Positions 27,942 to 37,874 of a stretch of DNA of 64,000 nucleotides are shown here, one piece after another. The stretch is from Candidatus Electryonea clarkiae. Lineage in GTDB: Bacteria; Electryoneota; Electryoneia; Electryoneales; Electryoneaceae. The stretch is from positions 6,667 through 70,666 of the forward strand of contig JAVCCM010000059.1 in the NCBI GenBank assembly GCA_030765455.1, given 5' to 3'. A program made the translations under genes and the position numbers. Under the pieces are notes generated by a model. It was not told the DNA's origin, made no database searches, and saw nothing but the letters and a program-made list of their open reading frames with translations. How positions within the stretch are numbered: position 1 is the first letter of the stretch; each line of letters opens with the position of its first letter.

Positions 27942-28248
27942 CAATTCTTCAGCTATCAACCAGATTATTATATAATAATTCTTTTTCACCCAATGAGATA
28001 ACCTAAGCAAGGATTCTCTTCAGAATCAACCTTAGAAAATTTCTTTTTAACATAAGTATATTTTCTTATAGGTAATCTTCTTCATCAAGTGAATCCTCAC
28101 GTTTTGAAAACTGATATTCACCCCCTATATTCCAGTTCAAATATTTCGTTGATCCTGAAAGCTCGCAGGCTGATTTTCAGCCTGACATAATAACAGAATT
28201 TTACGGATACCTGGTACATCTCTATGCTTAAACTAAAACATTTGCCTG

Positions 28249-29154
28249 ATGAAACATTCTAAATCCACATTCTTAATCTACCTTGAACTTGGTCTCGCGA
28301 AATTCATTATCTGGATTTTTCAAATTCTTCCTCAACGAAAAGCACAAAAAATGGCTGCTTCTATTGGTGGAATTTTCAGTGACATGGTGGGGATCAAAAA
28401 GGAGCTTGCCCGAAAAAATTTGACAATTGCTTTTCCTGATCGGAGTAAGGATTGGTTTGATCGAACACTACGCCAAATGTATCAGAATATGGCTATGGTT
28501 GTTGCAGAAACCGCCCGAATCCCCAAATTGAAGGGTGATGAGTTCGAAAAATGGGTGGAAGTGGAGGGATTGGAGAACGTTGACCGGGTTCTTGAGCGAG
28601 GTAAAGGATGCATGGTAGTTTCGGCTCATCTCGGTTGCTGGGAATATCATGGCGCTTATGCCGCCAATAAAGGTTATCCCGTAACTTATGTAGTAGCGGA
28701 ACAGGCAAATCCGCTGCTTGAAAAGTTGATCGATGATCTGCGCCGTACGGTTGGGATTGAGATTATTCAACGTAAAGATGCTGCTAAAGGTATTGTTAAA
28801 GCGCTGAAACAGAACCGTTTGCTTGCGATAATGATGGATCAGGACGCAAGAAGTAACGGTGTTTTTGTACCGTTTTTTGGAAAACCTGCTTCGACGTTCA
28901 AAGGTGTGGCAACTTTTATAATAAGGATGTCCGCCTCAGTTTTGGTTTTGACCAGCTATAGAACCCCAGAAGGAATTTCACAATGTAAACTCCAACCGGT
29001 TGACTATGAATTCACAGGTGATTATGATACAGATATCCTGGGCTTGACCACACGAATCACAGAGATGCTTGAAGCAGAAATACGTCAGGCCCCTGAGCAA
29101 TGGCTATGGCTTCACCGCAGATGGAAAACGAAGCCGAAGGCAATTAAGAATTAA
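28249..29154 (+). CDS. lpxL: Lipid A late acyltransferase (LpxL/HtrB family)
   Basis: SAHLGCWE, MDQD, FVPFFG, PEQWLWLHRRWKT. Confidence 0.85.
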   Translation: MKHSKSTFLIYLELGLAKFIIWIFQILPQRKAQKMAASIGGIFSDMVGIKKELARKNLTIAFPDRSKDWFDRTLRQMYQNMAMVVAETARIPKLKGDEFEKWVEVEGLENVDRVLERGKGCMVVSAHLGCWEYHGAYAANKGYPVTYVVAEQANPLLEKLIDDLRRTVGIEIIQRKDAAKGIVKALKQNRLLAIMMDQDARSNGVFVPFFGKPASTFKGVATFIIRMSASVLVLTSYRTPEGISQCKLQPVDYEFTGDYDTDILGLTTRITEMLEAEIRQAPEQWLWLHRRWKTKPKAIKN

Positions 29155-29224
29155 GAATTGAATTAATGCTACGCTCAAAGTGTGTTGTGGAAGCAAATTA
29201 TTAAATCTTTGCGCCTTTGCGCGA
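29142..29224. repeat. AATTAAG heptamer run plus CTTTGCG octamer run
   Basis: AATTAAGAATTAAGAATTG at 29142 and CTTTGCGCCTTTGCGCGA at 29207-29224; same pairing as at 7868. Confidence 0.5.
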
Positions 29225-29334
29225 AAAAAAAAATCGATTTTCCGATTATGGATGGAAAATATATTGAAAACGTAAATTGATTAGTTCTGACTTTAAGCAC
29301 GATCATTGAAAATCATCAACAAAGGATAAGAATC

Positions 29335-31080
29335 ATTAAACTTGGAAAAAAAGATTTAAGAGATCACCGGGGGATTTTTCCTCTGAGTGAACTCACCGGG
29401 AACAGCGCCCGGGATTTTGGTGAACTTACTGTCATGCGCAGGTGGGAAAACGGCAAGTATCACGAGTGGACATACAATGAGCTGCATCAAAAAGTACAGG
29501 CTATCGCCAAATGGCTGATTAAATGGGGAATAAAGCCAAACGATCATGTGGCAGTCCTGGGCGATAATTGTCCCGAATGGGAAGCTTCATACCTGGGAAT
29601 TCAAACCGCCGGTGGAATCTGTATCCCGATTGACAGGATGCTGCCTGCTGCGGGAATACGATATGTGCTGTCGGAATCGGAAGCGAGTTTGTTGTTCACG
29701 AGCAGTAAATATTTGAAAACCCTGACAGAAGTAGATGATATACCGACCCTTAAAAAGTCTATCAATTTCGATAACGATAAGTTTGCTGATTCGATTGACT
29801 TGGAGCAAGTGATTTCTGAGGGCAGCGATTTGGATGTCGCTCTCCCTGAGCGCCAACTTGATGACATTGCCGCAATTCTGTTCACTTCAGGCACTACCGG
29901 ACACAGCAAGGGTGTAATGTTGTCACATGGAAACATTATTACGAACGTTACCGGCGCAAGCGAGATGTATCATGCCGATACGAGCGACACCTTCCTATCT
30001 GTTCTCCCGGTGCATCACAGTTTCGAGGCGACCGCCGGCTTCCTCTTCCCTATTTATAACGGTTGCAGTATCACCTTCGCGCGTGGACTGGCAGGTCCGG
30101 ATTTGATAGAAGATATCAAGGCTTCAAAAGTAACTTATGTGCTTGGTGTGCCGCTTCTATATGAGAAAATTCATGCCGGAATCCTGCGTGGTATCCGCAA
30201 AAAGGGCAAAAAAGCCGAAAATATGTTCAATAAGGTTTACAACATTGTCAAGTTTGCTGATAAATTTGGTCTTGACCTGGGGAAAAAACTCTTTGCAGAC
30301 CTGCGTGAAAAGGCGGGCATGAATAGTGTCAGACATTTCCTCTCGGCTGGTGGACCGCTTGATCCGGAAATCGCAAAATTCTTCAACCTGCTGGGTCTTC
30401 GACTGGTCCAGGGATACGGTCTTACCGAAACAAGCCCCTGTACTCATTTAACCCCACCCTGGGCGATCTATCATGAATGCGTAGGCACGCCAATTGGAGA
30501 TGTTGAATGTAAAATACTTGATCCAAACGAAAACGGCACCGGCGAGGTTTGCGTCAAGGGTTCAAATGTATTCAAAGGTTACTACCGGAATGAGGAAGCC
30601 ACCAGGGACACCTTTACCGAAGACGGTTGGTTCAAAACCGGAGACCTCGGGAAGATTCATAAACACGACTTCCTCCAGGTAACAGGACGCAAAAAGGCGA
30701 TGCTGGTTACCGCCGGCGGGAAAAATGTATATCCAGAGGAGATTGAGTTCTACCTGAATCGCAGCATGTATATAGCGGAATCCGTGGTTCTCGGCTTACA
30801 GCGTGAGAAAGGTTCAGGCGAAGAAGTAGTAGCACTTATCCATCCTGATTATGAACAGTTGGATATTCATTTTGAAGAGATCAAAAAGAAAAGTACGGAA
30901 GAGGAAATCTTGAAACTGGTAACAGCAGAAGTGAAAAATGCTCAGAAAAACCTTGAAGATTTCAAGCGGATAAAAAGATTCCGAATCCACCAGGAGGAGT
31001 TCCAGAAAACAACCAAACGCACAATCAAACGGTTTCTATATACAGGGGAAATGGTTATTGTTGGTGAGGAGAAGGGATAG
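29335..31080 (+). CDS. fadD: Long-chain fatty acid--CoA ligase
   Basis: FTSGTTGHSKG, GYGLTE, GWFKTGD, GKNVYPEEIE; frame is open upstream of ATG 29434, so an ATT start at 29335 is proposed (uncertain). Confidence 0.85.
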   Translation: MKLGKKDLRDHRGIFPLSELTGNSARDFGELTVMRRWENGKYHEWTYNELHQKVQAIAKWLIKWGIKPNDHVAVLGDNCPEWEASYLGIQTAGGICIPIDRMLPAAGIRYVLSESEASLLFTSSKYLKTLTEVDDIPTLKKSINFDNDKFADSIDLEQVISEGSDLDVALPERQLDDIAAILFTSGTTGHSKGVMLSHGNIITNVTGASEMYHADTSDTFLSVLPVHHSFEATAGFLFPIYNGCSITFARGLAGPDLIEDIKASKVTYVLGVPLLYEKIHAGILRGIRKKGKKAENMFNKVYNIVKFADKFGLDLGKKLFADLREKAGMNSVRHFLSAGGPLDPEIAKFFNLLGLRLVQGYGLTETSPCTHLTPPWAIYHECVGTPIGDVECKILDPNENGTGEVCVKGSNVFKGYYRNEEATRDTFTEDGWFKTGDLGKIHKHDFLQVTGRKKAMLVTAGGKNVYPEEIEFYLNRSMYIAESVVLGLQREKGSGEEVVALIHPDYEQLDIHFEEIKKKSTEEEILKLVTAEVKNAQKNLEDFKRIKRFRIHQEEFQKTTKRTIKRFLYTGEMVIVGEEKG

Positions 31081-31126
31081 AATCAGTACGTGTAAATAGA
31101 AATAAAACAAGAAAAAGCGATTTAAG

Positions 31127-31600
31127 ATGAAACCCATGATTCGATTAAAGGATATAGTTGATCAGATAGAAATATCTTTTGATGAGATTAAATCTTTCTT
31201 GAATACTCGTACAGGAGAAATAATATCCGTCTCCGATGAAGAACTTAGAGCTGCAGAAGAAGGCGAATCACTGGAAAATTATCCGGAATGGGAGCATGAA
31301 ATCATTCAGAAAGCCAAAGAGATTGTTTTCTCTGACGACTGGATCACATTACCGGAAAAATTCGACATCAATGAATACTCTATCATGGAAAAATTCTGTA
31401 GCTCTGTTGAAGACGATGATAAAAAGCATCGTTTATTGAATAGCATTCACGGACGGGGAGCATTCAGGTATTTCAAAGATACAATCCATGAATTCGGAAT
31501 TGTTGATGACTGGTATGAATACCGGAAACAGGCATTCAAAAGAATTGCAATAGAATGGTTGGAAAGCCACGATATCGCCTTTACAGACGATAAAGAATAA
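31127..31600 (+). CDS. UPF0158 family protein
   Basis: FLNTRTGEI, EYSIMEKF, IHGRGAFRYFKD..WYEY..EWL. Confidence 0.8.
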   Translation: MKPMIRLKDIVDQIEISFDEIKSFLNTRTGEIISVSDEELRAAEEGESLENYPEWEHEIIQKAKEIVFSDDWITLPEKFDINEYSIMEKFCSSVEDDDKKHRLLNSIHGRGAFRYFKDTIHEFGIVDDWYEYRKQAFKRIAIEWLESHDIAFTDDKE

Positions 31601-31648
31601 AACCGAGATGAAATTTATTGGTTCAATTCACATGCAACGAGTTCTAAA

Positions 31649-31679
31649 AGTAGTTCACTTTCGGCGAAAGTGAACTACT
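31649..31679. repeat. GTAG-type REP-like hairpin, possibly also a terminator
   Basis: AGTAGTTCACTTTCG-G-CGAAAGTGAACTACT perfect 15-bp inverted repeat. Confidence 0.6.
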
Positions 31680-31903
31680 CGTCAAACCATATGTGGTACT
31701 AGTAGTTGTAGCACGGATTCTTGAACCGTAACGAAGCGTAGCTCGACTCAGTCAATCCTGGGAAGTTTGGAAATTCTAACGAATTAATCGAGAGACAGAA
31801 TTTCATTCAAATCTTTCCTGCTTGTTTGATATTTATGGAATCTGGATTTCAGGCTACACACTGGATTACAAAGTGGTTATCTCAATATAAGGAGAATGCT
31901 AAA

Positions 31904-32539
31904 ATGAATCTCCGTGAACAGATGGAACAAGTGTATCGTGATATGCCTTTAGACAGCATTCCCTGGAACTTGCCAGACCCGCCCGCTATGCTGGTTGAAG
32001 CCATCGAATCCGGAAAGATAAAACCATGCAAAGCTGTTGACATGGGATGTGGCGCTGGCAACTATGCTGTCTGGCTGGCAAAACATGGATTCGATGTAAC
32101 TGGTATCGACATCAGCGAACGCGCTATTGCGTACGCTCGCGACATGGCAATCCGAAACGGAGTTTCATGTAGTTTCGAGGCTGCCGATTTACTTAGAGAC
32201 ATGAAGAAATTCCACGAACACTTTGACTTCGCCTATGACTGGGAGGTTCTGCACCACATTTTTCCGGAAGACAGGGAATCTTATCTTAGCAACGTACACA
32301 ACCTGCTGCGTCAGGATGGTATGTACTTTTCAATTTGCTTCAGCGAGAAAAATTCCGATTTCGGTGGAGAAGGAAAGTATCGCAAGACTCCTATCGATAC
32401 GACTCTATATTTCTCTTCTAAGGATGAATTAAGGGACTTGTTCGATCCCCTGTTTCACATCTGTGAGTTGAATACAGTCGAGATTAAAGGCAAATACAAT
32501 CCACACCTGGTCAACGTAGCGTGGTTGAAGCGTAGATGA
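31904..32539 (+). CDS. Class I SAM-dependent methyltransferase (TPMT/TehB-like)
   Basis: IPWN, AVDMGCGAG, VTGIDIS, FDFAYD..HH; AGGAG RBS before ATG 31904. Confidence 0.85.
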   Translation: MNLREQMEQVYRDMPLDSIPWNLPDPPAMLVEAIESGKIKPCKAVDMGCGAGNYAVWLAKHGFDVTGIDISERAIAYARDMAIRNGVSCSFEAADLLRDMKKFHEHFDFAYDWEVLHHIFPEDRESYLSNVHNLLRQDGMYFSICFSEKNSDFGGEGKYRKTPIDTTLYFSSKDELRDLFDPLFHICELNTVEIKGKYNPHLVNVAWLKRR

Positions 32540-32579
32540 GTACAGCAAAGGCGTACAAATCTCGCATAAAAACGTTAAT

Positions 32580-32619
32580 ACGCAAAGAAATAAATCCTGT
32601 TTATCCTGTACATCCATGT
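32580..32619 (+). repeat. Two-part intergenic repeat (short copy)
   Basis: ACGCAAAG then ATCCTGTTT ATCCTGTAC ATCCATGT. Confidence 0.55.
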
Positions 32620-32743
32620 AAAAAGACTACCTGATTGTGGCACGGTCAGTCATCTATCAGGCTACAAATCATTCAAGTCTCCCTCTACAACACTGAGTGC
32701 ATAAGAATATACCTGATCAGGGAGACTTTTGGGGATGTCGATG

Positions 32744-32772
32744 TTGCAGACCTGCCTGTTGAATGGTAATAT
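32744..32772 (+). promoter_or_regulatory. Putative sigma70 promoter of tRNA-Leu
   Basis: TTGCAG-17 nt-TAATAT, 26 nt before the tRNA. Confidence 0.4.
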
Positions 32773-32798
32773 TGCGGAAAATTATTTAGACAATATTT

Positions 32799-32882
32799 GC
32801 CGAAGTGGTGGAATTGGTAGACGCGCTGGTTTCAGGGACCAGTGTCCTTCGGGACGTGGGAGTTCGAGTCTCCCCTTCGGCA
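32799..32882 (+). tRNA. tRNA-Leu(CAG)
   Basis: Acceptor GCCGAAG/CTTCGGC, D-loop GG, anticodon stem CTGGT/ACCAG with loop TTCAGGG, long variable arm GTCC-TTCG-GGAC, TTCGAG T-loop, discriminator A; CCA not encoded. Confidence 0.95.
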
Positions 32883-32899
32883 CTGGGAATTCTATTTCA

Positions 32900-32965
32900 A
32901 CAGAGACGCAGAGAGCACAGAGTAAAGAAGTAATATTTTACTCAGAGTTCTCCGCGTGTCTGTGG
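32900..32965. repeat. Facing CAGAG/CTCTG-type short-period repeat pair
   Basis: ACAGAGACGCAGAGAGCACAGAG ... CTCAGAGTTCTCCGCGTGTCTGTGG directly after the tRNA. Confidence 0.5.
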
Positions 32966-33035
32966 TTAGATTAGACTCTTCTGATGCAGGATTGCGTTGG
33001 GAGAGGCGATATTAGAATTCAACCTGAAAAAATAA

Positions 33036-33884
33036 TTATTGTTTCTTAAGAAGTTTCTGGTAGAGATCGGTATGTTCAGGGTCCATTGACGCCAGCTTGC
33101 TCAATGATGAATATTCCTTATAATCAGCAAGTGCGTTGGCAAAATTATGATAATTCAGGCTGAAGAATCGCTCGAGTTTCCTTTGGGGGACACGATCCAA
33201 TTGTTTGATGGCATAAAGTAAATACTGCCTGGCGGTTTCCCTGTCACGCTCATCATAATATAGCCATTCACCGGTATAATAGAGGAAATTCATATATCTG
33301 AACTGGTTGTTTTCTTCAACCATTACCTCATCAATGAGTTCTTCCCTCTTGTCCCATCCATTAAAGTAGCGGCTGCTGAATCTTGCATTTTGAGCGATCT
33401 GCCTTGCCGTTTCAAAGTAAATTGAACCGCCGAATTTTTTTACCTTGTCAAATTCATACCCCAAGACCATGTGAAGATAGTAGTCTATCATACTCCTGAA
33501 TGGATCAAATTGCTGGTTATATTTTAACTGCACTCCAGGTTCAAGTGGAAAATCCCATCTTTTATCATTGAATTGAGCGTTGGAGCGATTCGATATAACG
33601 ATGCGTGCAGCATATCGCTCTTCAAAACTGATCGGTTTAAATTCTTCGAAGAATATCTCTATATCGAGGAAAACATCATAGCCATACTCGTCAGGCGCCC
33701 AATCCTCCTGATTAATATAAGCTTCAACTATCCGGTCCAGACCTTGCAGCTTGTTCTGATTCTCCTGCGGTAATCTTTCAAGGTTGACAGAAACCTCGGC
33801 AATGATCCTTTGAGCGTGTGATTCATTCACAGCCAATGAAATCAGGATCAAAAAACAAATTGTGAATGTGTTTAATTTATTCAT
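33036..33884 (-). CDS. DUF4835 family protein (PorD-like, T9SS-associated)
   Basis: Signal peptide; YINQEDW, NDKRWDF, IDYYLHMVLGYEFD..FGG.YFE.A..I..GW. Confidence 0.7.
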   Translation of the reverse strand: MNKLNTFTICFLILISLAVNESHAQRIIAEVSVNLERLPQENQNKLQGLDRIVEAYINQEDWAPDEYGYDVFLDIEIFFEEFKPISFEERYAARIVISNRSNAQFNDKRWDFPLEPGVQLKYNQQFDPFRSMIDYYLHMVLGYEFDKVKKFGGSIYFETARQIAQNARFSSRYFNGWDKREELIDEVMVEENNQFRYMNFLYYTGEWLYYDERDRETARQYLLYAIKQLDRVPQRKLERFFSLNYHNFANALADYKEYSSLSKLASMDPEHTDLYQKLLKKQ

Positions 33885-34464
33885 TTTCTACGCATGTAAA
33901 AGAAAAATATATAGATTATAGTAGTTCTTGATAATAATGCTCGTTTTAGGTTCGGTTTGCATTTCCCGGACATCGAGCTGTCCGGGGCACACTAAAAATC
34001 AAACGAACTTTACTTTTGAGAATTACCATAGTATCTCCGAATTACAACGATATCCAAAGAATCTTTATACAAGTATTTAATTGCCTCAGGATACCTTATG
34101 CCTTAATATAGCCTATTGCTTATTCTCATGCGAGTCTTCAATGTTTTCTACTGTAAAGTTTGGTGTCAGTTCCATAAAAGAAGGACTCTGCAGTTACCCG
34201 GTATTATGATCGCAATTTCCCTTTTATTTGTTGTAAATATTAAGTGGATTGATCTAATAAACTGGACGACACTTTTGTTAATTATTGAACCACCTACATG
34301 CAGTACTGGATAAACATATTTCAATTCATATTGTTAATTTTCATCAACAACATCAATTGTTTACTTCCTACTTCAGTACTCTGTTTTTGTGCTTGAATGA
34401 GGTTAAATGATTATATACATTGCGGGATTTTTACTTTAATAGATTCTTGGAAGATCAGATAGAC

Positions 34465-35778
34465 ATGAGCAAAGAAGATAGAAATAATTCGTCGTCAGGA
34501 AGCTTTGATGCTTTCTTCGATAAAACGTGGATATTATTCAAATCTATGAAGTTTGCGATAATACTTTTAATCATTTTCGCAGTTTTATCGATTTTCAATT
34601 TATTCGCGCAGGAATTCATAATAGAGGTTCAAGGCGGCAGCGACAGGGCCCATCTGATATATCAATCAGAATATGGCGAAACCCGAGCCTCTGTATTGAT
34701 GTTTTTTCAAATGTATAACCCCTATCGCTCCTGGTGGTATTCGTTGATGTTGGGTCTATTGACCCTTTCTTTAACGATATGCGTGATTGACCGTGCTCCT
34801 AATGTGTATAATCAGGTTTTTAGACCACGTTACCTTCGCGATCCAAAAAATTATAAATCTTCAAAAATTTCGGCGATGATCAAAGGCAAAGACGGCGTAG
34901 ATCAAACAATAGATAAGGTTTTAAAAAAGAACGGCTATAAAGTCTGGCAAGAACAAACAGAAAAAGGCATGATAATAGATGGTGAAAAATTTGTCTGGGC
35001 ACGAAGTGGATCATGGTTCGTTCATATCGGTTTTATATTCCTGATTATAGGCGGTTTATTGATAGCTCGTAGCGAATACAGGGTTCATGCCAGCGGTTTT
35101 CCGGGTGAATTATTAGCGAAAGGTGAAGACCAGTGGGGATTTAATGTTCTGGTTGAAGATTTTATTATTGAGTACTATCCCCTCGCTGTTGGACAGGTTG
35201 TAGAGGTTAACAGAAGGGTCATTGGCAGACTCATCGAGAAAAATAGCGATGGCAGCTTTAACGTAGAAAGTTATCGTCCGGCAAGCGGAATATTACCGAA
35301 TATTGCACCCGAGAACATATCCAATAAGATCGACTGGCAGATGGACGGTGGTCGAATCGATCAGGCTAATATTTCAGATTATATCGCATTTTTGACAATC
35401 ATAGAAAATGGCAAGCAAATAGATACAAGAAGAGTTGAGGTTAATGCACCTCTCCGACACAAGGGATTCAGGTTCTATCAATCCAGTTTCGATGCTAATA
35501 GAACCAATGCTGATGGCAAATGGACTACTGTTCTTGAAGTCAGGAAAGATGGTGGATCACCTTTTATCTGGGTCGGAATCATATTATTTACTCTTGGTAT
35601 TGTTGTAAGTATGTATTTAACACCGCGTAGAATTAATGCATTGATTGAAAAAGATGGTACAAAAATTGACATATATCTTGCCGGAAGATCTGTGAAGAAC
35701 CAGTCGCTTTTTAAAAATGAATTCAAACGTATCGTTAAGAAAATCCAACAAAATTTGAAAACAGATGAGGATAAATGA
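34465..35778 (+). CDS. resB: Cytochrome c biogenesis protein ResB/Ccs1
   Basis: FKSMKFAIILL, YRSWW, CVIDR, VHIG, VNAPLRHKGFRFYQSSF, C-terminal TM; a TTGAAT-17-TACATT promoter at 34393-34421 favours ATG 34465. Confidence 0.85.
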   Translation: MSKEDRNNSSSGSFDAFFDKTWILFKSMKFAIILLIIFAVLSIFNLFAQEFIIEVQGGSDRAHLIYQSEYGETRASVLMFFQMYNPYRSWWYSLMLGLLTLSLTICVIDRAPNVYNQVFRPRYLRDPKNYKSSKISAMIKGKDGVDQTIDKVLKKNGYKVWQEQTEKGMIIDGEKFVWARSGSWFVHIGFIFLIIGGLLIARSEYRVHASGFPGELLAKGEDQWGFNVLVEDFIIEYYPLAVGQVVEVNRRVIGRLIEKNSDGSFNVESYRPASGILPNIAPENISNKIDWQMDGGRIDQANISDYIAFLTIIENGKQIDTRRVEVNAPLRHKGFRFYQSSFDANRTNADGKWTTVLEVRKDGGSPFIWVGIILFTLGIVVSMYLTPRRINALIEKDGTKIDIYLAGRSVKNQSLFKNEFKRIVKKIQQNLKTDEDK

Positions 35779-36323
35779 TGAATACCAAGTGGATTATTTT
35801 AGCTGTTGTGATCATAGCTGTCGTATTACTCTTTTATTTTACTGGCGTTGATAATATTTCCCCTAAAAAGGAGATGCCTTCTCCAACCCCATCAATGCAA
35901 GCTGATATGGAGCATGCAGGGCATGTCCATTCTTTGGAACTTCCGGAAGTTTCACAAGTGCAACTTGCCATAAAAAATATTCAAGAGGAAAGCTTTCCTG
36001 ATATGAAGCTTGTGCCGGGGGAAAAAACCAAACTGGCAGGAACTGAATATTCCCTTATGGCAACTGAATTTTATACTCATTGGAATTTTGATGGAAGACC
36101 GGTAAATATTTCTTATAAAGAGTTAAACCCGGCAATTAAAATAGAAGTATTCGAAGGCGACAGCCTTCTATATCATCAATGGGCTTTCAAGAATGTCCCG
36201 TTTTTTGGCATGGGCGGAATGAACCACCCCGGGGGTATGGCAAAAGATCTCGGATTTGCGCTGGTCTCTTATGAAGGGCTTAAAATGCCCACCCCTGAAT
36301 CAAAAACCGGAGAAATGGAATGA
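35775..36323 (+). CDS. Membrane-anchored periplasmic protein inside the res operon
   Basis: N-terminal TM; HAGHVH; NPAIKIEVFEG..WAF; ATGA overlaps with both neighbours. Confidence 0.65.
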   Translation: MMNTKWIILAVVIIAVVLLFYFTGVDNISPKKEMPSPTPSMQADMEHAGHVHSLELPEVSQVQLAIKNIQEESFPDMKLVPGEKTKLAGTEYSLMATEFYTHWNFDGRPVNISYKELNPAIKIEVFEGDSLLYHQWAFKNVPFFGMGGMNHPGGMAKDLGFALVSYEGLKMPTPESKTGEME

Positions 36324-37648
36324 ATCGTCTTGATGCGTTGCTCTATACTATCGCATTTAGTGCTTATTTAGCAGGATTTTTTGGATTTGTACTTCATGTT
36401 TCGTTGAAAAAAGAGATTATGGGGAAAATTGCTACTTTCCTTATGATGCTCGGTATTATCCCTCACAGCATGGCTTTTATCGTGAGGTGGACTGCACAAG
36501 GTCACTATCCATTGGCAAATATGTATGAATACATGGGTCTTATGGCATGGATGGTGGTAGTTGGGTTGTTATATTTTATATGGCGTTATAAAAATATAAA
36601 GATTGGAGTAATTGTAGCCCCGGTGGCTGTAATGCTCCTGGTAACTGCGAGTCTGCTTCCCTCGGATATCAACAGCCAGCTCATGCCGGCATTGCAATCT
36701 TCCTGGCTCGCGATCCATGTCACAATGGCAGCTTTAGGTTCAGGCGCTTTCCTGATAGCCTTCGCCTCTGCCAGTCTGTACCTACTCACAATTAGCAATA
36801 ATAAAAAACCGGGCGATGTTACCCCGGCTGGTAAAGAATGGTTTTTCTTTGGATTATTCTGGGTAGGAATTCCGATAGCTGTATCGATTATTTTAAACGT
36901 TTTCGGATTAATGCCGGTTCAAGTACACAGTATTGAAGAGGCAAGAATAAATGGAATAGCCGACAAGATGCTAACCTCTTTCAGCCTGTCCACCGGATCG
37001 AAACATCTGCTTCTTGGAAAATCTGTCATTGGATTAGGCATTGGAATGATTTTCGGAGCAATTCTGTGGCCCTTTCTACGCAGGAAAATCAAACCTTCCA
37101 ACGTTATTGGTAATTCAGGATCGCAATTTTTTGTGATTATTGTAACTGCAATCCTTTTTTCTGCAGTAATAATTGGATATATGATTAAAAGCGGTACAAT
37201 TACATTAACGCCCCGAAGCTATATGAAAATTTTTGAGTTCTTCGGCCCCCTGTTAGTCTTGTCATGGATAATGACGCCTGTAATGTACTACTTACTGTTG
37301 ATTCTCGGTGGTGGATGGATGGAACGTCTCTCACTGCCGAGACCGATTCTTGAAGAATTATCATATTCTGCAGTAACTATAGGTTATCCACTCTACACAG
37401 TCGGAGCACTTTTTGCGGGTGCAATATGGGCTGAACAGGCATGGGGAACATGGTGGAGTTGGGATCCGAAAGAAGTCGGCGCTTTAATAATATGGCTGTT
37501 CTATACAGGCTTCCTGCACGCCAGGTACCAGCGTCAATGGAAGTCGGAGCGAGCCGCAATATTTATCGTTCTTGGAATGGTGATGGTTTTTGTCAGCTTC
37601 TTCGGAAATTATTTCTTCGGCGGGCTTCATTCGTTTGAAGTTACCTGA
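36320..37648 (+). CDS. ccsA: Cytochrome c biogenesis protein CcsA/ResC with an internal hydrophobic insertion
   Basis: GHYPLANMYE, PALQSSWLAIHV, GAIWAEQAWGTWWSWDPKE (WWD domain), GLHS. Confidence 0.9.
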   Translation: MNRLDALLYTIAFSAYLAGFFGFVLHVSLKKEIMGKIATFLMMLGIIPHSMAFIVRWTAQGHYPLANMYEYMGLMAWMVVVGLLYFIWRYKNIKIGVIVAPVAVMLLVTASLLPSDINSQLMPALQSSWLAIHVTMAALGSGAFLIAFASASLYLLTISNNKKPGDVTPAGKEWFFFGLFWVGIPIAVSIILNVFGLMPVQVHSIEEARINGIADKMLTSFSLSTGSKHLLLGKSVIGLGIGMIFGAILWPFLRRKIKPSNVIGNSGSQFFVIIVTAILFSAVIIGYMIKSGTITLTPRSYMKIFEFFGPLLVLSWIMTPVMYYLLLILGGGWMERLSLPRPILEELSYSAVTIGYPLYTVGALFAGAIWAEQAWGTWWSWDPKEVGALIIWLFYTGFLHARYQRQWKSERAAIFIVLGMVMVFVSFFGNYFFGGLHSFEVT

Positions 37649-37810
37649 TAGATTTTCCATTTGTGGATTCAATAACCGTTAGGAATACTGCAAAATCAAT
37701 GCTTCTATTTTCTACTTCTTGATTAAATCATGTGTAATAATACATATTTAATCTGGACATGAGAAAGTTATATCACATATATTCATATCCTCCCCTTATA
37801 GTATTTGATC

Positions 37811-37839
37811 TTGACTTTATAATTTTACGAAGTTATAGT
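37811..37839 (+). promoter_or_regulatory. Putative sigma70 promoter of the Rrf2 gene
   Basis: TTGACT-17 nt-TATAGT. Confidence 0.55.
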
Positions 37840-37874
37840 ACTTATAGTTAAAAAATTCACGTAGAGGGAATTCA

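Noticed and set aside
29248-29436. TGA readthrough or selenocysteine extension of fadD from ATG 29248
   Set aside because: The upstream peptide MDGKYIENVN shows no family similarity and there is no SECIS-like hairpin; an ATT start with an RBS is simpler.
31100-32620. Integron cassette array or tRNA-anchored island (UPF0158 + methyltransferase)
   Set aside because: Only a weak GTTAATA-like motif near 32574; no paired attC boxes, no integrase and no duplicated tRNA 3' end seen.
32799-32882. tRNA-Sec (TCA appears in the anticodon loop and the variable arm is long)
   Set aside because: In the 7-nt loop TTCAGGG the central triplet is CAG; the 7-bp acceptor stem and discriminator A fit tRNA-Leu.
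32729-32974. 81-aa ORF spanning the tRNA
   Set aside because: It is a translation of the tRNA and the adjacent repeat.
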